Below are positions 51,501 through 63,500 of a DNA stretch of 64,000 bases, one piece after another. The notes below the pieces were generated by a model, which saw only the letters and a program-made list of their open reading frames with translations, did not search any database and was not told the origin of the DNA. A program made the translations under genes and the position numbers. This stretch comes from Phoronis australis. Taxonomy: Eukaryota > Animalia > Phoronida. The stretch is from NCBI GenBank assembly GCA_002633005.1, contig NMRA01000123.1, positions 708,656-772,655 of the forward strand, given 5' to 3'. How positions within the stretch are numbered: position 1 is the first letter of the stretch; every line of letters begins with the position of its first letter.

Positions 51501-54500
51501 TGCGCCAGAGCCGCCATCTTGAAAGTGACTTCCGGTTAAACAAAATTTTATAAAAGCTAATCAATAGCAACAAACACGTGACCAGTTTGAAAGTGAGAAA
51601 ACGTTTTTGGCCAGATATCGAGATGCGCATGCGCCATTGTCAATATTTCCACCATCTTTAACCGGAAGTCAACGTTTTTGGGCACACTTGTGGCACATGT
51701 GTATAATAATAATCGTACTAAGTTTCAGCTCTGTACATCAAAAAATGCGGCCTCTATGAGCATTTGAATGTGAAATCAGAAACAAAATGGCTGCCACGTC
51801 CGCCATATTGAATCCAATCATGACTAAAAACAATAGGCTTCCAGGACTTCCCGATCTACAAATTTCATGAGAATCGGACGAAAATTGCGACCTGTAGAGT
51901 GCGAACAAAAAAAAAACTTGACAGAGCAACATACTTGGCGAAATTTATTTCGCCAAGTAATAAATCATCAATAGACAGGAATCACAGCAATTGGTTGCTT
52001 CCATCACATATAATATTGATAACTCAGGACTGAAAAGTTGTAAACAACCATCCACAATTATCGGCAACTACAACACCTAAGCTGAGAGGGTCAACAGTAA
52101 ATGGACAATATTGAAAACATACAAATCATATATATGGAGACAAAAACCATCATTTTCAGAAGCACTCAACAAAAAGGTGGCATTGAAAAGGTCAATGATA
52201 TGGGCAATCGCAAACACAATACAACATAAACATTCATTTGCATGGAGTTTCCAGAACAACTTGACAACAGTGAATGGGGTAGCAGTCAACAGAGTATTTC
52301 ACAAGTTCATTCATAAACTCATCAATTTTCACATCAATAAGAATACAGTAATATAACACTATCATCACTCATCTATCACCACAGATAATTATCGTTCCAA
52401 GTATGATGCCCTGCCAACATTAACATTTAATTACCTTCACAACATTAACATTTAATTACCTTCACAACTTCCCAAGCTACAACCTCTCCACCTCCACTCA
52501 TCTAAGCCTACCCATCCCCTCAACCTTTCCGTCCCCTCTACCCTTTCCACCATCACTCTTCCCATCCCCTACCTCCTAACATCTTCCCCAGGTAAAACAT
52601 CTGCCACACAACACACTCCTTCCACTGCACCACTTCCACCTCTACATTGCCAACCCAGCTCCCTATGTCCCATCTTTTTCTTCTTCCCATGCACTCTTAC
52701 CACTCACTTCTCCAACCAGCCAATCAACACCTGACCCATCTTTCTTTTCCCTCCAGCTCTTCCATCTCTTCTCTTCTACCTGTAATCACCTCAGTCGACA
52801 CCAACTTGTCTTCTCTAACGCATCCGCCAACTCTAACTCCTCAATTAACACCAAACCTTTTCTTCTCCTCTTTCCCATCCACCTCTACCCTTCCACTTCT
52901 AACACTCCAATCAACACCTACCTTTTCTACTCCTACACCTCCATTCTTCCACCCTAGCACCCCAATCAACTACACCCCTTACCTCTCTACTCTCAGACCT
53001 CCAACACCTAAATCAACACTATCCTTTTCTTTTCCCAAACCCTTCCAACCCATACTCTTACACCCCTAACACCTCAACCAACGCCACCATTTCTCCATCT
53101 CTGCCACCTCCACCTCTACCTTCCACCCTTAGCAGCACAACCAACACCTACCTCTTCTTCCCCTGCACCCCTTCCTTGCCCTCTCTCCACTTCTGCTCCT
53201 CTAGCTGCGCCAGTTTCTCCCTCTCCTTCAAAGCTCTCTCCTTTTCTTCTCGTTCACGCTTGATCTGCTCAACCAACTCATGTTCCTGAAACGTAGAACA
53301 GACTACAGCGAGGAGAATAAAGCGCCGCCACAACGCTGCATAAAATGACACACGCAAGTTACCCCCACTAGTCACCAGTACCTCAAGACAACCCATAACT
53401 TTTGTGTTCTCAAAAATATATTTATACGGCATAATGGAAATAATTCGTTTGACATGTCGGGAAACACATTCAAGATCTACGAATGGGATTACAATTCTAC
53501 ATGACTGAAGCCCAATACCATGATCTTTCCAGAACTCACTAAACCACACCCTGGTGTTATTTCACTCACCTTGGCCTGCCTTTCTTCTACTTCCCTGCGT
53601 AGCCTCTCCGTCTCTTCTCGCTCCTTCCGCGCTGCCTCTTCACGCTCCCTCATTTCCTGTTCAAGTCGCTCCTTCTCGGCAGCAGCTTGCCTCTCCTGCT
53701 CCAGTCTCGCCTGAGGGACAAAAAAGATCATTAAATGAATATTTGTTTAGAGTTGGCCAGAAATGCTCGATAGTATGGTGAGTGCACAGTACTTCCTAGC
53801 ATGCAAAAACAGAGTGGAGTCAAGCTATTGGTAGCGTCCACAAAATGATTCCAGGGTATTTTGGCCCCTCCTCCAATGCTTTGCTGAAAATACTGTAAAA
53901 CTGCCTTCTACGTACAATGCAAAGCAGTGTGATTCCAAAGTTTCTGCATTTAACAGAAAGGTCAAATCCTGCAAAATCGCCTTATTAGTTGTGTCTATAG
54001 GTTGATTTAGTCCAGCTCTGCTATATCAAAAATACCACGAAACTGTGCTCTAGATACAATTTGGAAGGCCAAGAAGCTTATCTGTTTCTGGTCATTACGA
54101 CGACTCAGTATGAAGAAAAGAGGCGCACACCCACATCAATTTACAGAGCCTAACCACTCCTACACAATTCAAAATCCAGACCCGAGACCACCAGATTTGA
54201 CTCGAAAAGCAACCGAAACTATCACAAGAAATCTCACTTTTTACCCTAAGCAGGATAAGTTACTGTTCAAAATTCGAACAAAAATGAAGGTCTTGGGTTG
54301 CAGTGTTTATGGACAAGGTTGGTTGGGATGTCCATGGATAAGATTGGCTGGGGTGTCCATGGACAAGGTTGGTTGGAGTGTCCACGCACAATGTTAGCTG
54401 GGGTGTCCATGGACAAGGTTGGTTGGAGTGTCCACGCACAATGTTAGCTGGGGTGTCCATGGACAAGGCTGGCTAGGGTGTTCAAGGACAAGGTTGGCTG

Positions 54501-57500
54501 GGGAGTCCATAGACAAGGCTGGCTGGGGTGTCCACGGACAAGGCTGCCTCCACCAACACTCTCTGTACAATTACCTGTTCCTTCTGTCTCCTCTCCCTCT
54601 CCAGTCTCTCTTCCTCCAATCTCTCCTCCTCTTCCTCTCGCTCACGCTGCCTCTCCAACTCTTCCTGCTCCCTCTGCAAGCAACATACAAAACACATTTA
54701 ATCCAACATTGACATTTAATATTGTTAGTAGTGTGCTGTAAATTTTCTTTATTAAAATTTATGCCCAGCTGACTATCTGAGAGTCAAAAATGGATTGAAA
54801 ATCGTTTCTAAGGCTCAGGACTACCAAACTCGAGATTCCACTGAAAACACAAACAATTGTGTGCCATATTTCGAATAATTTCATTGAAGTTCCTGCAGTG
54901 TGACTAGGTAATTTTCAAATCAAGTCTCGAATAAAGTTTAGTATTCACAGGCCCTGACCACTGCTAGCCATCTGGTAAACGAGCCATTCTAGATTTTAAG
55001 ACCTTTAGGCTCACACTTCTGTATCACACAAGGCCCATTTTCCAAAGGAGCCCATTACTACTTTCAATCACGTTTACCACAGAGTGCTACATCAGTTTTG
55101 CTCCATCTTTAAAGACAACTACGTAATTGTTAGTGCATTACACCACAAAAACAAACTCTTGACCACTTGCCATCATGAAACTGGTCTCAGATCATTCCAA
55201 AGTCAAACTGGGAATGATATCAGAGTTTGTTATTGCTTGAAATCGGGCTTTTGCTATTAGCTAAACATGGTCTCAAGGAATAATGAACATGGTCTCAAGG
55301 AATAATGAACATGGTCTCAAGGAATAATGAACATGGTCTCAAGGAAATGAACATGGTCTCAAGGAATAATGAACATGGTCTCAAGGAATAATGAACATGG
55401 TCTCAAGGAATAATGAACATGGTCTCAAGGAATAATGAACATGGTCTCAAAGAATAATGGTCTCAAGGAATAATGAACATGCTCTCAAGGAATAATGAAT
55501 AGTTTGTTTTTACAAAGCAGTAGTCCCTTCTCATCCGAGTAAGGAAAAAGTTCTTAGGATGGAACGCAGTTCGGATTCACATTAACGGTACAACTAACTG
55601 TATAAATTTGGTGCACTTACCATCAGCTCTTCCTCAGCCTCCCTCTTTAATCTGTCCGTCTGCTTCTTCTGCTCCGTCTGCCAGTGTCGCAGACGTTCAT
55701 CTTCCTGCCTTTTGCGCTCCTGCAATAGGCGTTACAAGTATCTTCAAATACACATCTCGATTATCCCAAACTCATGTTTTTCTTCCTTAACTCCAAGTGG
55801 ACGAAAAAGAAGGCAATCATTACACATGGAGGATGGTGGTGTAATTCTCATCACAACATACTCTCCACCCCAAACTCAGTGCTCATTAAACCGACAACAC
55901 GATGAAGTTCAGATGCGTGGTTAAAACTACATTTTCCATGCTCACCTGCAATAGGCAAACATTCCACCATGACATCACTAACGTGCCTTAAAAATCCGAA
56001 ATAGCCTGGCATTCATTGTCTCAAGAACCCTGGAGAGTCTGAACAGTAGCAGGAAACAGTTACTCATACTCAGATATTACATTGTATCCCTCTCACATAG
56101 ATTGTGAAACAACATAGATTGTATGCTTCTACTCTTTGCAAACTGACGCTGACTTAGCTTTCAAAGCCTCAACAGGCATGATTTGCTTAATGCCTATAAC
56201 AACAAGATTTTTACCCCGTTTTGTTCGGCTAGGAGTGCCGACATGCCCCTGCACTACCTAATAGTTAAAACTTAACACTAAGGGTTCGCAGGTGAGCACT
56301 CCACAAGAACACTGCTAACTTGGCTCACAGCATTGCAAATGAGCTTTTCTTGTAATTTGCATAATTTTGTCTTATTTTTTTCTCAAAAGATGACAAGAGT
56401 GAAAAATGCAACGGTGTTAAACGACAGCAGTAAAGTAGAAGGTTCACATCAATTGAGAGCTTTACCAAAACAAAGATCAATCGATTCTCAATAACATGCA
56501 CTAAACAGGTGAACAATAACCATCTTGTCACTACTAGTCCACCTCTCCCACAACACCCACTTCCTCCCAACACTCACTTCCCCCCAACACCCACCACCCC
56601 CATGACACCCACATCTCCCACAACACCAACCTCTCCCACGACACCCACCTCTTCCTTCGCCTTTCTCTCCGCCTCCTCTTTCTCCTTCCGTTTCCTCTGT
56701 TCTTCCTCTCTCTTCCGTCGCGCCTCTTCTTCCAATCTCAGTCGTTCAGCTTCCTCTCGCTCCGCCTGCTGGCGTCGTTCTTCGTCACGAGCCTTCCTCA
56801 GCCTCTCCTCCTCATTGGCTCGCTCCACACGTCGACGTTCTTCTTCATCCCGCCTCTGCCGTTCTTGCTCCTCCTCCATTTTACGCTGGGGACACACGGG
56901 TGATTCAAAGTTAGATTTGCATTTGAAAAAGCCTAGACCTTAGAAAATATGCATTAAACAGAATTTTAAAATTGAAGTTAAGAAATGTTTTTTTTATTTT
57001 CAAGAGTTGCAATCTTTAATTATGGGCATCCAGTGTGAGTGAATCCTGCCTATTAGAACTGAAGCATTTTTGGTTAAATAGTCAGGATTGTTGGAAGCAT
57101 ATGTAATGAGTTGGACCACTTGGAATATGCATTCAAAAGACCGCGAATCTGTTACATTTAGTCTGCCTGAATTATATTTGATAATTACAATTATAAATAA
57201 CTACAAGATATTCATCATCCATAACTGAATCGAGTCAAAATTATTAACTTCAAACTAGATTACAACAGAAATCTGCAGGAAAGAACCTGGCCACAGAAGC
57301 AATAAAAGATCCTACTCTGTGCATGGTGTTAGTGTTTAAAACAAATAAGTCAGGTAGATTTTTAACACAGCACCATAATCCTAAACAAAACCTAGTATAT
57401 AATTACTTTTAATTTCATTTGAAGACAACAGTGGTAACTACTGAATACAGGCGAAACCATTTGAAAGCAGTTTAATACAATCTCCCTTGATTTGTGTTCT

Positions 57501-60500
57501 TCACAGAAAGGTCTTAAATGGACACAAAAACAAAACTTTAAGCCAAGCCAAGAGTCAGTCTCGAGCACAGCAGTGCCACCTGGTGTACAAGACATCAAAA
57601 GACCTCACCTGTTCCTCTTTTCTCCGCAGTTCTACTTGTTTGTTCTCTTCTTCCCTTTTCCGTATAAGTTCCAGCTCACGCTTCTTTTCCTTTTTTGGTG
57701 AAATACGAGCAGAACACATTACACATATCGCACAAAGCACATCTTCACAATGGTTCAACATCAATAAAAAGTTTTAATGAAACAAAGAGTAAGTCAAATG
57801 CTATGTTTAATGTAATCATTACTTGTGAAGAACATTAGCTCAACTGTTATACAGACGGTACACAATTCAAATCCAGTTATAGACTGCCCCCCTCACCCAA
57901 ATGTGATTGACCTACATACCAGCTCTTTCTTACGATCCCTCTCCCATTCGCTCTCTGTCTCAGTCTCGGTTTCAGATACCGCTGTCATGAAACTCTTGCG
58001 AGGCGACTCATCTTTCTTGGGAGTAATCGGCAATGGACTTTCACCATCCTGCAGAAGATAGTCGTCAACATAAATGAAAGACCACCACACACATGCTGAA
58101 TACCAAGCTTTTTGTGCTGACGGAAATGGCCTGTGGCACATATGGAATGGTTTTGGACATGAACTTTCACTCAGAACAAATCAATGCAACTGTTATTTAC
58201 TCACATCAGAGTCCCAGGAGTCAATGACGTTCGATCGGCTGTTCTGTGGCTTACTGGGTACATAGCCAGCATCCTATGGAATACAAATAATCACATTACA
58301 AACACTCAATAAAGCACTACAGCGCTCACTAGACAAGAACCTTGAAGTAGACAGAATTCACAGAACTACACCGTACACACAAAAGTCAACAGTGCATAAC
58401 AGCATTGGCTTTTAACAGAAAGAGCTTTTGATGTCATGTTTGAAATGGACTCTGGAAAGAGTGGAAACCATTATTTATTGAGTGTTTAGAGATGTTTACA
58501 GTTATTTTCACTCTGTGACTTCACCCAAGGACAAAAAATATTGTAGTCTATCCATAAAATCCTGAATGCCAAAAAAGAAAGAGTGCTAATGAATATACTT
58601 GAAACTAAGTCAATAAAATGAATCAAGGTTGCTGCCAAAAATCTACCCACAGATTGAGGAAACCACAGAACTCCAATCACTTTATAATGCTCAAAAGAAA
58701 TGTCATGTAAAATTGGGAGCGCTAACTACTGAAGCCACAACAAAAAAGTAAAAAAGCTACTCCAAAGCTTGTGAAAGAAAGTACTACGTATGACCTACAG
58801 ATTGAACCTTTTCCCAAAGAAGGAAACCAGTTGTGCTAAGGACTCACCATTCACTTCATCTTAGACCCCGATAAGTTAAAATAGTTATATTTGAGGTTAT
58901 AATCAGAACGAAAATTCTTAAAATGAGAGTATCACTCGTTGACATTCAGTAAATGTGAAACAACATGGAGACATGGGCAGATAAGAGAAAACAGTAGTCG
59001 CGGAACACCACAGGAAGATGGAGATATTTCAAGTCACATCACTATGTCACACAGCCAACAGACTTCATGAAACAAGCGAACACACAAGCGGTAGACTTAT
59101 ACCTATCGCTAGACTATTAAATATAAAGCTGTCAAAGATCTATCAATTTCAAGCCAAAAGGTATGCTGTGGAAAAACATTGTTGAATTACATAGTAACTT
59201 CACAAATTTTGAGAGATAATAAACGCCAAGTACAGAGATTCCTGAAACAAGATTGCTCAAAGAAGACCAAGAACACATCGATAAACAAAATGAGAAACAG
59301 GATTACAACAGCTGAAGAAAGAGAAAATTCCAAGTGCACAACCCAAACACAACAAAGAAGAACAGTCAACTCCAAAGACGTAAAACCACCTCTTTCTCTG
59401 AAATATCCGACAGAACGTCACGAGTACTGGATTGGGCGATCTCAGCCGGTGTAGCCGCCGGCTTTGAGGCACTGATCTCAATGTCCAGCGGTGTCGTGTT
59501 TATCTGTTCGCTGTCACTCGCCTCTTCCTAAATGACGAATTGATACTAATAGATTCTATCATATTTAAGAGCAAGTGTTGCGACAATGTTTGTAAGCTGC
59601 TGAAACAAAGTGTGTCTAAGTTGAGTTTAAACCCGTTCAAGTATTTTTACCACTAATTGGTAACTGTAATTAACAAGTTTGGCCAATCATGACCAAGGAG
59701 GCTGTGTCTCATAGATGCAAGAATCTCGCAAAGAAGCAAAGACACGCAAGACCACACGATTTTTGGGCGAATACACTTGGGATCTTACCAGAATACCACG
59801 ATACCAAAATGGTGGCCACTGAAGGGATTGACGAGTGAGGTTGGGATGTTGCATTATGAGATAGAATTCACATTCCAATCCATAAAACAAACATTTTCAG
59901 CCACACGTGTTTCACAAATGTCTAGGGTCTACGCAATACAATCCAGGTTTACTAACGAGGCTTTGCAGGTTTTAACAGTGGTGAAACAACAGGCAAGCAC
60001 CACATTTCACATTCTCAGCACATACTTTGGTAGCATGACTGGTTAAACACAATTGTGTTCTTTTCTGTAATCATAACTTTTAAAATTAGTCAACCATTAA
60101 CAAATCATCCATGGAATATTTATACATGTAAAATGCAACAGTCAAATATTGTGATGTTATTCCCAATGAGAGATAAAGAAAGTAAGAGATGTGAAAGAAA
60201 TAATGCTATTTCATGGCAAAAAGTGCAACAGCGCACTAGAAAGTTAAACTTTTTGCAATAATACACAAAACCATGGAAACACAATTCACCATTCTTCCCC
60301 GACTTTCGGAATTTTGTTTTTCATTTACAGAGAAACATTTGTCAGAAATTTTCACCATAAATTTGACTTACAATCAGTTTTCTTGCTTTTCTTCACATTT
60401 TTTGCCATGACTATGGAAAGTATGTGAAATTGGCAAGGATTTGTTAACCCCTTTTGAAGACTTTCAGACCTTGCAGATCGCACTGCAGTTCCAAAATCAC

Positions 60501-63500
60501 CAAGTTTGGCGCTTTTGCTTATTAAGTGGTGGCAGAAACAGAAAAGGGGAACAGGTGCTGGAAAAATGACTTCTTACCATTTACACAGAGCAGCAAAATT
60601 CACCAACAGAATTGAATAAAACCAAAAAAACAAAATGGAAGGAAACATCAAACGAGGACAGCTAAAGAGCACCGAACAGACAGTGTAAATATTTCACCTT
60701 TGGCACAGCCTGGCGAGTTGCAACAGGTGTGCTTGTTTCCGTGGCAAGCTACAAAAAAGCCGAAGAACGAGTTGGAAATACGAAAAGAGAAGAGTACTGA
60801 ACTGAGATCGAACTCTAGTTTGTAAAACGTACAGCTTTGACACCAACATGGAGTCGCGAGTACAGGTATGAACAAACAACATATTGACGACACTTTTGAA
60901 ACACAGACTGGTGAGGATTCCAAATTTATGACTCACAATACTGTTGAATGCCATAGAGTGATGAGAAGCAACACTGTTGAATGCCACACAGGGTAGAGAA
61001 ACATTACACAAGACCTGAAAGTTTGGAGATTCAGAAAGGTAACAGTAATCGTATGCTCCGTAAAAATAATTCATGCACCTCTGGTTCAGAAGCTTCTTCC
61101 AAGGGGCCTTCCACGTCTTTATTGTCGCCATCCCCACCATCACTATCCCATTCACTGCCATCGGACTATAAAAAGGCATTGAATGAATGCTTAGTGACCA
61201 CATGTCAGTTCTAGTTACAGTGAGCGTAATATAAATTGCAACACTTGAGAAATGATTGACAGTTCTATATCACACTGGAAATATTTTGTTTCGACACCTG
61301 TCCATCCTCAGGTAATAAAACTGTTGGACAGTAGCTATTCAATACCATAAATCAAGAGAAGAAGAAACCTGGATAGAAGGGCAGCAGATTCAAAACATCC
61401 AACAAGAAAATGATGGTGAGCAAATGCGCGTAGCTCAGGGACTCCTTTGTTTCTAATCAAGTCAAACTGTCCCACGATTATTAAAGACCATTCACAACTA
61501 TCACCATTTTCATTAGACAGTATATCAAGCAAAAATGTTCCCCCACAGCCCCTTCACCACAATGTCTGCAAAAATGTTAGTATTCTACGATGTGAAAAAA
61601 ACAGAGTGTGAAAAGACAAGTTGCCTGTGATGGTTATCATCTTAGTCACTACAGCAGCCATCAAGTGCTTGAATGTTCTCTGTTACAGCAATTTGCATTC
61701 ATATTTATCTTCTGCTACGCTGTAGTTATCACATGCAGGCTTGCGCTTATGCATTATGCAGATTTACTTTATTATTATGATTACTCGTTGTATTGAGTGT
61801 GACCGTGATATTCATCAATCACTCAGCGCCTTGGTGCCAGATGGTTGGTTTCTTAATGGCACAATTAAAACTGAGTATATGCATGTATAATGCCATTAAC
61901 TTGCATTGGATGACAATTTTTTAGATGTAAACATGTATAAATAACATTGCAAAACAATTGCAAAAGTTATGGTATACGTTCTTGTGACCAATAGTTAGCG
62001 TACACAGGACTTACATGCTTTTGCTCGCTTTTGTGAAAAATCATCGTGCACTCGATAAAAAACAAAACATGGATTGAGACACCTGAGTTTTTGTCTGACC
62101 ACCATCACATTGCAGCCTAAGAATCAAGGCGATGTGAAACTTGATGCCTAGTCATTTCACAATAGTTTTCTTAACAATGGGAAAAACAATAATTCAGTGT
62201 TGAATTTATCTTTTCTTATCGACATTTTAATGATGTCTAGAATATTTTGCTAGCAGCAAGCTTTAATCCTCTCACACCCTAGTTGACTGTAACACAAGAA
62301 GTACTAAAGGGTGCAACCAAGGATAACACATTACGTGTATGGTTTGTCCAAAATAGATCCATGTTACCAAGTACTATCTTGTTATCAACTAGTGGTGGAA
62401 ATCCCTCCACTTTGAACAAATGAGCCAAAGAAAGGTTTTGTCGACTCATTAAATCCTGTTAAAGATCACATGTCTACAACAACCCACCACTCGCGCAGCA
62501 AAAAACGCCAACAAAAACAATATAACTTACAGCAAGCTGTACTGAATTCCTAACGAGGTATAATTGGAAACAGACCAGTGACTTTACCTTGTAACCAAAG
62601 AGTGACTTTAACATGAAAACCAGTATCACCACAGAAGTCATCAAACACACAAGAACAAGATAACCCACACCACAGACCATAGGTATAAAAACATCAAAAC
62701 AGTAATGAGAAATTCCACAAAGAAAACAGAACAAGAAAGAGAACAGAACTGAGGTAGAGTGCTTTTTCACCTTCTCCACATCTGGTAAAGACACTGCAGT
62801 GGTGTCCATAGTCGCCTCACATCTCTCCCCATTTCTTAGCACACCACCATCTGGTGAAGTAAGTTCCTGGTCAGGCGACGCGTCATCCGTTCCGCCGTTG
62901 TCTCTCGAGCCTTCCTCACTGTCCCATGAATCGTCATCCATCTGCAACTGGAACCCCTTCTGTGGTTTTTGCACATCCACAGCTCCGCCATGATCTCCAC
63001 TTTCCTTTAATTCTTCCATTGCTTTTCTGGCATTGCCCCATTCATCGCTAGCCACTGCTTTAGCCTCAGTTTTATTCACTAGCTTTGTGTAAGTTTCCGA
63101 CAAGCCAGCAAAAACATCATCCTCGTCAAAGTCGTGCCCATCACCATCGTCAGCCATCGATTCCCCAGGCTTTTGCTCAGGCAGGTTTTCAACCTCAGAT
63201 TCTTCACTATCGAAATTTACAGAGTTGTCATTCTCGGGTTGCTTTTTGACACTGTCACCAGCAACAGGTGTTCTGTCATTGCCACCATCGTCACCATCAC
63301 CATGACCCTGTTCATCATCACTGTCGTCATCATACATGTGAGCACCATGGCCTTTACTAGCGCGGCTACTATCATTCTTGTTGCCTCCAATTGAGAATTC
63401 GCCGGCATCACTGTCCCAACCATCACTTTGGTCGTCACCACTGTCAACAGCATTTTCCTGCTAGTCAATAAGAGACATAAAGCAGGATAAACTAAGCGGA

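Noticed and set aside
52647-53069. 140-aa Pro/Ser/Thr/Leu-rich ORF
   Set aside because: A product of C/T-rich low-complexity sequence that lacks stops.
56509-56943. Plus-strand Ser/Pro-rich ORFs (also 23067, 33681, 43646, 53520)
   Set aside because: Antisense shadows of E/R/K-rich minus-strand exons.
58848-58859. Possible 12-nt microexon before GTGAGT
   Set aside because: It reads ATG AAG TGA in the required phase 0 and has a poor acceptor; there is no other support.
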